In this document: piece after piece, positions 19,258 to 31,163 of the stretch | Position numbering within the stretch: position 1 is the stretch's first letter | Layout of the letters: each line of letters starts with the position of its first letter | Assembly: GCA_963707215.1 (NCBI GenBank) | Contig: CAVPPB010000003.1 | Location: forward strand, 288,001-352,000 | DNA from: an uncultured Chloroflexia bacterium | Lineage (GTDB): Bacteria; Chloroflexota; Limnocylindria; Limnocylindrales; CSP1-4 | DNA: 64,000 bases | Direction: 5' to 3' | Notes under the pieces: generated by a model | The model's input: the letters and a program-made list of their open reading frames with translations, nothing else | What the model was told of the DNA's origin: nothing | Databases searched by the model: none | Translations under genes and position numbers: made by a program

Positions 19258-21299
19258 TCACGAACCCGGGAGGGCGCCACCTCCACGCCCGGTCGGTCGA
19301 CCTCTCGCGGCGAGCGCGGGGTCGGCCCCACGAGCCAGGCGGCCCCGTATGGCTCCATCGGGAGATCGCGATCGATCCGGACCGGCGCATCGTCGGACAG
19401 GCGATCCATCGTCGCCGCGGGGACGAGGGCCGCGATCTTCGCCGACGGGATGTCCAGGGGCCGCTCGGCGAAGCTGTGGATCGCCAGCAGGTCTCCGTGG
19501 GGGTGGCGACGGACGGAAAGCGAAGGGCCGGCGATCGCCCAGGCTCCACCACCTCGAGCGGTGCGGCAGCGTGGAGTTGGGCGGTCCGCGATCGGGCCGC
19601 GATCCGGGCCCTGATGCCCGCGAAGACACGGCCTGCGACCGACGAGGGATCGTGACGCTCCTTCGCCGCCTGCCAGTCCATCCGTGGCCGATGGATCCAT
19701 CGAGCGTCGTCGGCAAGACCAGGAACGGCCCGGTAGGACCCGTCGTTGCGCAACCCGATCTCGTCGCCCATGTACAGGAGCGGCAGACCGTCCCAGCCCA
19801 GGATCAGGGTGTGGCCGAGCAGGATGCGCCGGATCGCCAGGTCCAGCGCCCGGGATCGCCAGTCTCGAGCGCCGCCTCGACGCCCGCGAGGCTGGCGCAG
19901 GTCCCGCAGATCCGACGGTCGCCGGTGGACGGGTTCGTCCTGGAAGACGATCCCCCGGGCGAACGAGCCCTGGAAGGCGCCCCCGTAGAAGTCGCTGAGG
20001 AACGCGCGGTGCCCCGGGCCGGTCCATCCGACCCGCTCGGCGTCATCGTCGGCGATCGCCCAGCCGATGTCGTCGTGACAGCGGACATACGTGCCCCAGG
20101 CCGTGGTTCGGCGGCTTCGCGGGGAACTCGCCGAGGGCCACGCGCGTGGCAGGCTCGGTGTCGCGGGTCGCGAGGGAGGACCAGAACTGGACCATGAGGC
20201 TGTTCTGGTAGGCCAGGTCGGAGACACGCCCGAGGTGGCGGCCCACGCCGAGGTAAGCGACGAGATCGTCGGGCCCGACGATCGCCTCGGCCTTGAAGAC
20301 GACCGCCGGCGCGACGATCCGGCGCACGCCCGGAGCGCCTGGAGGAGATCGTGGACCTCGGGCTGGTTCTGGCAGTCGGTCCCGAGGCGCTTCCACAGGA
20401 AGGCGACGGCATCGAGCCGGAAGGCGTCAACGCCCACGGCGGCGAGGCTGAGCAGGATGTCGAGCATCTCCTCGAAGACCCGCGGGTTCGACCAGTCCAG
20501 GTCCCACTGGTACTCGTTGAAGGTCGTCCAGACCCATCGCCCGTCCGCCAGCCGGGTGAAGTTGCCCGGGCGAAGTCCGGGAACACCTCCGGCAAGGTGC
20601 GCTCGAAGGCGATCGGGCTCGGACCGATCCGGGAAGATGTAGAACATCGCCGAGGCCGTCGGGTCGCCGGCTCGGCGGCGGCCGCGCCCACGGGTGCTCG
20701 GCAGCGCAGTGGTTGAGGACCAGGTCGATGCAGAGGCTGATCCTCGTTCCTGCGGAGCGGTCCGTGCAGACCACCTCGAGGTCGTCCATCGTCCCGAGTG
20801 CCGGCTCGACCTCCGGTAGTCGGCCACGGCGTACCCACCGTCGTTCGACCCGGGCGGGTCCGGAGCAGCGGCATCAGGTGCAGGTAGCGGACGCCCAGCT
20901 CCGCGCAGGTAGTCGACGTGATCCAGCGACGCCGGCGCAGCGTCGCCCGCGAAGCGGTCCACGTAGCAGACGTACCCGATCATCCCGGGCTCCTGGAACC
21001 AGTCGGGCTCCAGACCGCTGCGGAGGTCAGTGGACGACGAGGTCCTCGGATCGGTCCGCGATAGCGGCGCGACGAGCAGGTCGACGAGGCGGTCGATCCA
21101 GCTGACGAAGTCCTCGCGGCGTGGCGCCGTGACGGCCGGGCCAGCCCGTCGGCCAGGTCGGCCCAGTAGTGCTGGAGCCGAAGTCAGGAACAGGTCCGCA
21201 TCCCGGGGGGCATCCCGCCGAGGCCGTTCGCGGGCGCGGGCAAGGCCCGACCGCGGCAGGTCGATCCTGCCTCGGTGGGCCGGCGCGCGGCGTGGTCAC
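19258..21299 (-). CDS. Amylosucrase-like GH13 glycoside hydrolase, heavily frameshifted (ends approximate)
   Basis: Motifs spread across three frames: [89 protein letters not shown]. Confidence 0.85.
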
Positions 21300-21347
21300 G
21301 GGTCACGCCGTGCTCCGCTGTCCTGCGACGACCCGTGCGCGGACCCG

Positions 21348-22203
21348 TCATCCCTTGACCGAGCCGGCGCAGCAGCCCGCGTACGAAGTAGCGCTGCAGG
21401 CCCGAGGAACACGAGCACCGGCACGATCATCGAGACGAAGGCACCGGCGGTGAGCAGCTGCCAGTCCTGGCCGCGGGAGCCGGTCAGGTCGTCACCAGCC
21501 GCTGGGTCATGACGGCGACATCCTGATCGGTGCCCAGGAAGGTCGTCGCCACCAGCAGGTCGTTCCAGACCCACAGGAACTGGAAGATGGCGAAGGAGGC
21601 CAGGGCCGGCACCGAGAGCGGCAGGATCAGCCGGACGAAGATCGAGAAGTGGGAGGCGCCGTCGATCTGAGGCCGACTCGATCAGGTCCTTCGGGCAGCT
21701 GGCTGATGTAGTTGTAGAGCAGGTACGTCGCAAGGGCGAGGCCGAAACCGGCGTGGGCCAGCCAGACCGCCAGGAACGTCCCGTTGAGGTCGATCGCCAG
21801 GTAGGCCCGGAGCACCGGGATCAGGGCGATCTGCAGCGGCACCACCAGCAGCGCGACCACGATGATGAACAGCACGCGACGACCCGGAAACTGCGAGCCA
21901 GGCAAATCCGTAGGCGGCGAAGGCGGCGATCAGGATCGGGATCACGACGGCCGGGATCGTGACGGCGAGGGTGTTCAGGAACGCCGTCGCCCATGCCGTG
22001 CTGCCGAACAGGACCTCCTCGTAGTTGTCGAGCGTGAAGGCGCCCTGCGGGTCGGTGAACACGGTCCACCAACCTGAGTTGGAGATGGCGTCCTTGGAGC
22101 GGAAGGAGGTGATGAAGAGACCGAGCGTCGGGACGGTCCAGATGACGACGAGGCCGATGACCACGAGGTTGATGGCCACTCGCGACCACTTGATGGATTT
22201 CAT
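21348..22203 (-). CDS. Carbohydrate ABC transporter permease (AglG-like), frameshifted
   Basis: PTLGLFITSFR, SGWW, AAFAAYGFAW, VVPLQIALIP, LAHAGFGL, FQFLWVWNDLLV, WQLLTAGAF, ending GSVKG*. Confidence 0.85.
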
Positions 22204-22213
22204 GGCATCCCCC

Positions 22214-23353
22214 TCAGATCGCCCGACCGCGGAACTGGCGGAGGTTCCACCAGATGACCGGGGTCACGGCGACCAGCAGGATGATCGGCCAAGGCGGCGC
22301 CGCGGCCTGGTCGAAGAAGGTGAAGGCCTGCTTCCACATGAGCGTCGCGATGACCTCGGTGTTGAAGTTGCCGTCGGTCATCGCTGTGACGATGTCGTAG
22401 ATCTTCAGGGTGAGGATCGCGATCGTCGTCGCGACGGTCACGATCGTCGGCCAGATCGTCGGGACGATGATCGAGCGGAAGATCTGCCACTCGCTGGCAC
22501 CGTCGATCCGGCCTGCCTCGATGATCTCATCGGGCACGCCCTTGAGAGCGGCCGCGATGATGACCATGGCGAACCCCGTCTGGCCCCAGATGAGGATGAC
22601 GACGAGCAGGAACGTATTCAGCGGCTCGCCCGTCAGCCATGAGACGGGACCCAGGCCGAACGACCCCAGGATCGCGTTCAGCAGACCGATCTGGGTCTCG
22701 CCGGCCGGCTGGTACGAGTACACGAAGCGCCAGATGACGCTGGCGCCCACGAACGAGATCGCCATCGGCAGGAAGATCAGTGTCTTCGCCAGCCGATCGA
22801 GGCGCGACCGCTCGACCAGGACGGCGATCGCCAGGCCCAGTCCGGTGCTGAACAGCGTGCCCACGACGAGCCAGATGATGTTGTTGCGGATCGCCGTGAC
22901 CATCGCCGGGTTGGTGAACGAGTATTCGTAGTTCGCCAGCCCCACGAACTCGCTGCCGGTCGCGTTGAAGAGACTGCCCCAGGCCGTCAGGACGGCCGGG
23001 ACGAGCAGGTAGAAGGCGAGGATCGCGATCGCCGGGCCGACGAAGACGAAGGGCAGGATGCGGCCCTGCCAGCCTCCGGGAAGCTTGGCGGTCAGCCAGT
23101 TCGCGATGACGTACAGCATGGCGACGCCGCCGATGCCCCAGACGATCGCGACGCCGACGATGACGACTTTCGGAGCGCCGCTGTCCTTAAGGAAGAGGAA
23201 GCCCGCCCACAGGACGATGAACGCCACGATCGGCACGAAGACCGAGACGAGGACCCGGCCAGCTCCGGTCGCGAGGCTCTGGGCGATGCCTCCGCCCACG
23301 GGGGTCGTCGGGGTCCCAGCGGGTGGTGCTCCAGCCTGTTGCATCCCTGGCAC
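22214..23353 (-). CDS. Carbohydrate ABC transporter permease (AglF-like)
   Basis: FVGLANY, IFLPMAISFVGASVIWRFVY, EAA loop EAGRIDGASE; probable compensating indels near the C-terminus. Confidence 0.9.
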   Translation of the reverse strand: MPGMQQAGAPPAGTPTTPVGGGIAQSLATGAGRVLVSVFVPIVAFIVLWAGFLFLKDSGAPKVVIVGVAIVWGIGGVAMLYVIANWLTAKLPGGWQGRILPFVFVGPAIAILAFYLLVPAVLTAWGSLFNATGSEFVGLANYEYSFTNPAMVTAIRNNIIWLVVGTLFSTGLGLAIAVLVERSRLDRLAKTLIFLPMAISFVGASVIWRFVYSYQPAGETQIGLLNAILGSFGLGPVSWLTGEPLNTFLLVVILIWGQTGFAMVIIAAALKGVPDEIIEAGRIDGASEWQIFRSIIVPTIWPTIVTVATTIAILTLKIYDIVTAMTDGNFNTEVIATLMWKQAFTFFDQAAAPPWPIILLVAVTPVIWWNLRQFRGRAI

Positions 23354-23382
23354 TCCTCCCTCCAGCGGCTCCTAGAGGCACA

Positions 23383-23410
23383 TGGCGGAGCCGGTCGCCC
23401 GGCTCCGCCA
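23383..23410. terminator. Perfect 12-bp stem-loop after the SBP gene (mRNA stabiliser/partial terminator)
   Basis: TGGCGGAGCCGG-TCGC-CCGGCTCCGCCA between the SBP and permease genes. Confidence 0.65.
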
Positions 23411-23429
23411 CATGGTCAGGTGTCGCTGC

Positions 23430-24731
23430 CTATTCCCAGCTGGCCTCGATGTTGGCCAGCGTCGTGTCGAGGTCCTGGCTGCCGGTCAACAGCTTGATGG
23501 GCTCCGACCAGAAGGTCCCCTGGCCGACGGCCGCTGGCATGGCGTCCGCTCCGTCGAAGCGGACGAACGACGCGTCCACGATCGACTGGGCGTAGCCACG
23601 GTCCAGCTCGGTCGAGTACAGGGACAGGTCCTGGGTCTTGTAGGGGAAGAGCGCACCTCCGGCCTGCTGCCAGGACTCGCCGGACTCAGGCGTCGAGAGG
23701 TACTCGAGGAATGCCCAGATCTCCGGCCGGTCGGCGAACGCGACCGCCTGGTCGCCGCCGACCATCGCCGGGGTGCCGATGGCGCTGTCGATCTCCGGTA
23801 GCGCGAACACGCCGACCTGGTTGTCGAGATCGGCCTGGACATCCTCGGGGAAGAACGTGGTGATGAAGTTGCCCTGGTTAGTGAGGTTGCACTTCGGCGG
23901 GTCACCGAAGGCGGCCTTCGGCGCCTCGCCGAAGTTCGTCTGGACGATGTACTCCGGACCGCCGTACACGTAGTCGGGGTCGGTCCAGATGTCGGCGACG
24001 ATCTGGAAGGCTTCCTTGACGGCGGGATCCGTGAAGGACAGCTCTCCGGCGACCCACTGGTCATAGCCCTCCGCGCCGACGGTGCGGAGCATCACGAGCT
24101 CGACCCAGTCGGTGAATGGCCAGCCGGTGCCGGCCCCGCTTTCGATGCCGATGCACCACGGCGGCGTCCCGTCGGCCGCCATCTGGTCCATCAGCGCGGT
24201 CATCTCGTCCCAGGTCGCCGGAGCCGAGTAGCCAGCGGCATCCCAGGTGGCCTTCTGATAGAAGACGAGGCCCTTGAGATTGACCCGATGGAAGACCCCG
24301 TAGACCTTCCCGTCGTCGGCGGTGCCGACGTCCTTCCAACCGGGACCGTAGTTCTCGTCGATCGAGGCCACGATGTCGGCCGGCAGCGGGAAGATCGCCC
24401 CCTGTGAAGCGTAGTTCTTCATCCCGCCCGGCTGGGGCAGCATGCCGACGTCCGGCGGGTTGCCCGCCTGGACCTGCACGTTCAGCTGCTGCTCGAAGCT
24501 CTTGTCGCCGTTGTAGACGACGTCCACCCCGGTCGCGTCCTCGAACGGCTTGACGGACTCCTCGAACCGCTCGGCCTCGGCGTCCACGAAGGCCCCGCCG
24601 ACCGTCACGGTCGTACCGCTGAGGTCCTGGTCGCCCCCACCGCCGCCCGGCTCCGAGGTCGCACCGCTATCGCCGCAGGCCGCAACGATGATCGCAAGCG
24701 CCGCGGCGATCGCCACCAATCGTCTGTGCAT
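23430..24731 (-). CDS. Alpha-glucoside ABC transporter substrate-binding lipoprotein (AglE-like)
   Basis: Lipobox IVAAC, GNPPDV...PQPG, PWCIGIESGAGTGWPFTDWVE, RFDGADAMP. Confidence 0.9.
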   Translation of the reverse strand: MHRRLVAIAAALAIIVAACGDSGATSEPGGGGGDQDLSGTTVTVGGAFVDAEAERFEESVKPFEDATGVDVVYNGDKSFEQQLNVQVQAGNPPDVGMLPQPGGMKNYASQGAIFPLPADIVASIDENYGPGWKDVGTADDGKVYGVFHRVNLKGLVFYQKATWDAAGYSAPATWDEMTALMDQMAADGTPPWCIGIESGAGTGWPFTDWVELVMLRTVGAEGYDQWVAGELSFTDPAVKEAFQIVADIWTDPDYVYGGPEYIVQTNFGEAPKAAFGDPPKCNLTNQGNFITTFFPEDVQADLDNQVGVFALPEIDSAIGTPAMVGGDQAVAFADRPEIWAFLEYLSTPESGESWQQAGGALFPYKTQDLSLYSTELDRGYAQSIVDASFVRFDGADAMPAAVGQGTFWSEPIKLLTGSQDLDTTLANIEASWE

Positions 24732-24769
24732 GGGTTCCTCCACTGTCCTAGCACGCCCGCGAGCGGGCT

Positions 24770-24827
24770 GTGGAACCGGTTCCACTCCAGTGCGGCGCCA
24801 TCCTAGCAGGTCATGGAACCGATTCCA
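24770..24827 (-). promoter_or_regulatory. Two LacI-family operators flanking the promoter of the sugar ABC operon
   Basis: Perfect palindrome gTGGAACCGGTTCCAc at 24770-24785 and TGGAACCGATTCCA at 24814-24827. An extended -10 (TGcTAGGAT) lies on the minus strand between them. The lacI-family gene is adjacent. Confidence 0.85.
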
Positions 24828-24914
24828 ACCCGGCGCTCACGAGGGTCCGCCGCGGGCGTCGACCGGATCCGGCCGGCCGGGCTAGGCGCCGGACCCGGGG
24901 CCGGTCGGCGACGG

Positions 24915-25922
24915 TCAGTCGATCGGCGGCGAGGTGGTCCGCCGGACTACCAGGTGGCTCGGCTGGACCTCGCGCAGCGGGCCGACGGGCTCACCGTCGA
25001 TGATCGAGATCAGTCGCTGGGCCGCCCGGACGCCGGTCTCGAAGAGTGGCTGGTGCACGGTCGTCAGACCGACGTGGTCGGCGACCTCGATGTCGTCGTA
25101 CCCGGTCACCGACAGGTTGCCGGGGACCTCCAGGCCGAGGCCGCGGGCCGCCTCGATCACACCGAGCGCCTGGGTATCGCTCGCGCAGGCGATGGCAGTC
25201 GGCGGCAGCGGCGAAGTGAGCAGTCGGCGGCCCAGCTCCGCGGCCCGACGGCGAGTGTGGTCGCCGGCAGCGACCAGGATGTTGGGCAGCGACACGCCGT
25301 CCTCTGCGAGCCCCCTGCGAAACCCAGCCAGCCGAAGCCGGCTCGACGAGAAGCCCAGCGGGTGGCGGACGGGGTCGCCGACCCAGCCGAGACGACGGTG
25401 GCCCAGGCTCAGGAGGTGCTCGGCGACCAGCTGCCCCCCGGCGACGTCGTCGACGACGACCCGGGGCAGCTGCCGGTGGTGCGCATCCACGAGGACGGTC
25501 GGGATGCCCGACCCGACGATGCGCCGGATCTCCGGGTCGGGTGGCGACAGCGAGACGACGAGGAGTCCGTCGACCCGCTCGCGGCGGGCGAGGCCGCTGA
25601 ACAGGGCGGCCCGCCGCTCCTCGGTCTCGACGTTGAGGACGATCATGTCGTAGCCGGCCCGGACCAGCGCCCACTCGATCCCGCGAAGACGCTCCACGGC
25701 GGCCGGTCGGGTCATGTATGGGACGACGACGCCGATGGTCAGCGTGCGTCGCAGCGAGAGTCGCTGGGCGGTGGGGCTGGGGACGTAGTCGAGCTCGGCG
25801 ATGGCGGCGAGCACGCGAGCCCGAGTCTCCGGGTCGACGTTCGGCCGGTCGTTGAGGACCCGGCTGACCGTCCCCTTCCCCACCCCGGCACGACGAGCGA
25901 CATCGGCGATGGTGACGCCCAT
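24915..25922 (-). CDS. LacI family transcriptional regulator
   Basis: TIADVARRAGVGKGTVSRVLN HTH, LDYVPS hinge, LSVTGYDD, LTTVHQP. Confidence 0.95.
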   Translation of the reverse strand: MGVTIADVARRAGVGKGTVSRVLNDRPNVDPETRARVLAAIAELDYVPSPTAQRLSLRRTLTIGVVVPYMTRPAAVERLRGIEWALVRAGYDMIVLNVETEERRAALFSGLARRERVDGLLVVSLSPPDPEIRRIVGSGIPTVLVDAHHRQLPRVVVDDVAGGQLVAEHLLSLGHRRLGWVGDPVRHPLGFSSSRLRLAGFRRGLAEDGVSLPNILVAAGDHTRRRAAELGRRLLTSPLPPTAIACASDTQALGVIEAARGLGLEVPGNLSVTGYDDIEVADHVGLTTVHQPLFETGVRAAQRLISIIDGEPVGPLREVQPSHLVVRRTTSPPID

Positions 25923-26010
25923 GGCGAGACTCCCTCGGGCTGGGCTGGGTGGGCTTGGGCCTACCAGTCTACCGGCGGGGGTCCACCCCGGCCGGCGCTC
26001 GTTCCGGGTC

Positions 26011-28751
26011 TCACGACTCGCCGAGCCGCTCTCGGATGCGGCCGACCTGCTCGACCAGCTCGGCCTCGAGGGCCCGGGCCCCCTCCACGACGGCCGGCGG
26101 GGCCTTGCCGACGAAGCCGGGGTTCGCGAGGCGGGCTCGGACCCCAGCGAGCCTTTGCTCGAGGTCGGTCAGGTCCCGCAGCAGGCGCTCCCGCTCAAGA
26201 GCGACGGCTCCGGGATCCGCCGCCGGTCGGCCGAGTACCGCCTCGACCGGACCCGCGAGCACGGTCAGCCCCCCGGACGCCCGGGCCGCGTCGAGCTCCC
26301 CGGCGGTGAGGCGCCGATGGATCGGCCGCACGCGAGCGAGACGCTCGATCGCGGGCCGGAGCACCTCGAAGGTGGACCCGAGCTCGCCAGGCACGTGGAC
26401 ATCGAGCGGCAGGCGCGTCGACGGCTCGAGCCGGGCCTCGGCCCGGGCGTTGCGGATCCCGGTGACAAGCTCGATGATCGTCCCGACCTCGGCCTCGGCA
26501 ACCGGGTCGCGGGTGCCCCGGGCGGGCCAGCGGGCGACCACCAGCAGACCCGGGTCGCTCGCCCGGTGCGGCAGCTGGCCCCAGATCGCCTCGGTCACGA
26601 ACGGCATGACCGGATGGAGCAGCCGCAGGTACGCGTCGAGCACCTCGACGAGCGTCCACCAGGTCGCCTCGCGGTCCGCGTCGGGCACGGCTCCATCCGC
26701 GAGGCGAACCTTGGCGAGCTCCAGGTACCAGTCGCAGTACTCGCTCCAGATCGCCTCGTAGAGGTCCCGGGTCACCTCGCCGAACGCATGGTCGGCCAGA
26801 TGCCCGTCGACCGCACCCGTGGCAGCGGCGAGACGGGACAGGATCCAGCGCTCGGCAGGGCCCAGGTGCTCGCGTCCGGGGAGGTGCCGCTCGGCGCTCG
26901 ACCGGGATGGTCTCGGGTCGGGCCCCCAGGACGAAGCGAGAGGCGTTCCAGAGCTTGTTCGCGAAGTTGCGCGCGTTCTCGAGCTTGGCCGGCCCGAGCC
27001 GCGTGTCGGCCCCGGGAGCGGTCCCGTGGATGAGAGCGAAGCGAAGGGCGTCCGCCCCGTACTCGTCGATCGTCTCGAGCGGGTCGACGACGTTGCCCTT
27101 CGTCTTCGACATCTTCTGGCCGTAGGGGTCGCGGACCAGGCCGGAGAGGTAGATGACCTCGAACGGGGCCTCGCCGGTCAGCTGGATGCCGAGCATCATC
27201 ATCCGGGCGACCCAGAAGAAGATGATGTCGTAGGCGGTCTCCATGACGGTGCCCGGGTGGTAGCGGGCGAGGTCGTCGGTCGGCTCCGGCCAGCCGAGGG
27301 TGGAGAACGGCCACAGCCCCGAGCTGTACCACGTGTCGAAGATGTCGGGATCCTGGGTCAGCTCCGTCGCCGGCCGGCCGCAGGCCTCGCAGGCGCCCGG
27401 ACCGGTCGGCTCGGCGGACACCGTGACGTGCCCGTCCGGGCAGTACCAGGCGGGGATGCGGTGCCCCCACCAGAGCTGACGGCTGACGTTCCAGTCGCGG
27501 ATGTTCGTCAGCCAGTGCTCCCAGACCTTGACGAAGCGCTCCGGCAGGATCCGGGTGCGGCCGGTCCTGGTCGGCATGGAGGGCGGCCTCGGCCAGCGGG
27601 CCCGTCCGGACGAACCACTGGGTCCGGGGGAGCGGCTCGATGATGTCGTTGCTGCGCTGGCAGCGACCGATCAGCATCTCGTGGGGCCTGGCCCCGGCCA
27701 GGTCACCGCGCTCTTCCAGGTCGCGCAGGATGGCCGTCCGGGCCTGCGCCCGGTCCATCCCCGCGTACGGGCCGCCGGCGGCGTTGACCGACCCGTCGTC
27801 GGCGAGCACAGCGATCATCGGCAGGTCGTGCCGGCGGCCGGTCTCGTAGTCGTCCTGGTCGTGGGCCGGGGTGATCTTCACCGCGCCCGTCCCGAACTCC
27901 CGGTCGACGACCTCGTCGGCGATGATCGGGACGTCGCGGTCGACGAAGGGGATGCGCACCAGCCGCCCGACGAGGGCCCGGTACCGTTCGTCGCCCGGGT
28001 GGACGGCGACCGCAGTGTCGCCGAGGATCGTCTCGGGCCGGGTGGTGGCGACGGTGATCGTCTCGTCCGGCGAGACCTCGCCGGTCTCGTCGACGAGGTG
28101 GTAGCGGACCGACCAGAGGGTCCCCTCCTCCGGGGTCGGGATGACCTCGAGGTCCGAGACGCTGGTCAGGCAGCCGGGACACCAGTTGACCAGGGCCTCC
28201 GTCCGGTAGGCGAGGCCGTCTCGGTACAGGCGGACGAACGACTCGCGGACCGCGCGGGCCGAGACCTCGTCCATCGTGAAGCGGAGGCGGCTCCAGTCCA
28301 GGCTGGCGCCGACCCGTCGCTGCTGGGCCAGCATCACCGGCCGGGTCCGGTCGACGAACTCACGCATCCGCTCGAGGTAGCGCTTGCGGCCGAGCGACTC
28401 GCGGCTCTCGCCCTCCGCCGCAAGCTGCTTGTCCAGGACGAATTGGGCGGCGATCGACGCATGGTCCAAACCCGGCAGGAAGAGCGCTGGGCGCCCGAGC
28501 ATCCGAGCGTGCCGGGTCATGAGGTCCTCGACCGCCGACCGCTGGGCGTGACCGAGGTGGAGCGAGCCGGTCACGTTCGGCGGCGGCTGGATGATGACGA
28601 ACGGAGGCAGCGCCGGGTCGGCCGTGGAGCCCGCCCCGTCCGGAGCGAAGACGTCGGCCGCCAGCCAGCGCTCGTAGATGGGCCCCTCGACCTCGGCCGG
28701 CCGATACGCCTTGGGGAGGCCGCCCGGCGTGTCGCCCGCTCGATCCATCAT
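26011..28751 (-). CDS. valS: Valine--tRNA ligase, split by frameshifts (~27575, ~26880-26800)
   Basis: PPPNVTGSLHLGHA (HIGH), ATTRPET, FGTGAVKITPAHD, DWNVSRQLWWGH, KMSKTKGN (KMSKS), YCDWYLE, LHPVMPFVTE, C-terminal coiled coil LANPGFVGKAP. Confidence 0.93.
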
Positions 28752-28824
28752 CCCTCGCTCCTCGCTCGCCGGCCACCTCACCGTCCGGCCGCATCGGCCG
28801 GGACACCCTGCGGCGCCGGACGAT

Positions 28825-29057
28825 GAAACGCCCCGTCCGCCCAGCTGGACGAACGGGGTCGTGGTACCACCTGCTGGTTCGGCTGCCGGGGTCGGGCGCT
28901 CATCACGCCCCACCGCCTCCGGAGCCCTCTCGACGCGCTACCGGGCGTCACCCGTCACGGCTCGCGAGCGACCTTCACGTCGGCGGATCCGCGCGGCTCG
29001 CACCGTCCCGCGCTCGCTCCGGGGTCGTCCCGACGCTACTCCTCTCGGTCCTCGCCG
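28825..29057 (-). ncRNA. T-box riboswitch leader of valS (Val specifier GUC)
   Basis: On the minus strand: AGUA/GAA loop-E motif in stem I, GGUGCGA apical motif, GAAG-GUC specifier at 28970-28972, T-box AGCAGGUGGUACCACG at ~28861-28876, then a terminator hairpin (CCCCGUUCGUCC/GGGCGGACGGGG) and UUUC. TGcTACACT -10 at 29068-29073. Confidence 0.88.
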
Positions 29058-29112
29058 TGAGGCGCGGAGTGTAGCACCCGCATCCGGGGCCGGGGCCCCC
29101 AGGGCGGTCGAG

Positions 29113-30423
<1,311 letters not shown>

Positions 30424-30438
30424 CGCGGCTCGCTTCCC

Positions 30439-31128
30439 CTAGCCGGCCGACCCGGGGTCGGCCTTGTCCGCCTTGTCGGCCTTCGACGACCGGCTCGGCT
30501 TCTCCGTGGTCTCGCCCTGCGCGTCGTGGTACTGCGCCGTGAGCGAGTCCCACTCGGCCGAGTAGACCTCGTCGATGATGCCATAGCCCTTGGCCTGCTC
30601 GGGCGACATGAAGTAGTCGCGGTCGGTGTCCTTGACGACCTTGTCGAGAGGCTGGCCGGTGTGGACTGCCAGGATCTCGTGGTTCCGCTGGACGAGGAAC
30701 TCCCACTCCTTCATCTGGATGAGCGCATCGGGCGCGGCTCCTCGGAAGCCGCCCGAGCCCTGGTGGATCATGATCCGGCTGTTGGGCAGCGCGTAGCGCT
30801 TGCCCTTCGTGCCGGCTGCCAGCAGGACGGCCGCCATCGACGCCGCCATGCCGATGCAGATCGTCGAGACAGGAGACCGGACGTATTGCATCGTGTCGTA
30901 GATCGCGAGGCCGCTGGTGACGACCCCGCCGGGCGAGTTGATGTAGAGGTAGATGTCCTTCTCCGGGTCCTCGGAGTCGAGGAACAGGAGCTGGGCGATG
31001 ATCAGGTTGGCGACGTGGTCCTCGATGGCGTCGCCCAGGAAGATGATCCGCTCCTTGAGCAGGCGGGAGTAGATGTCATAGGCGCGCTCCCCCCGGCTGG
31101 AGGACTCGATCACCATCGGTACGAGCAT
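30439..31128 (-). CDS. clpP: ATP-dependent Clp protease proteolytic subunit
   Basis: [26 protein letters not shown] (Ser), MIHQ (His), DRD (Asp). Confidence 0.97.
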   Translation of the reverse strand: MLVPMVIESSSRGERAYDIYSRLLKERIIFLGDAIEDHVANLIIAQLLFLDSEDPEKDIYLYINSPGGVVTSGLAIYDTMQYVRSPVSTICIGMAASMAAVLLAAGTKGKRYALPNSRIMIHQGSGGFRGAAPDALIQMKEWEFLVQRNHEILAVHTGQPLDKVVKDTDRDYFMSPEQAKGYGIIDEVYSAEWDSLTAQYHDAQGETTEKPSRSSKADKADKADPGSAG

Positions 31129-31163
31129 CTTGGCTCCTCTCGCGGTCGCTGTGCCGAGCCGCC

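Noticed and set aside
17795-20983. 1062-aa ORF that looks like a GH13-HTH multidomain fusion
   Set aside because: A chimera of frameshifted amylosucrase pieces, part of the zinc-ribbon gene and the separate HTH gene, read through a stop-poor GC-rich frame.
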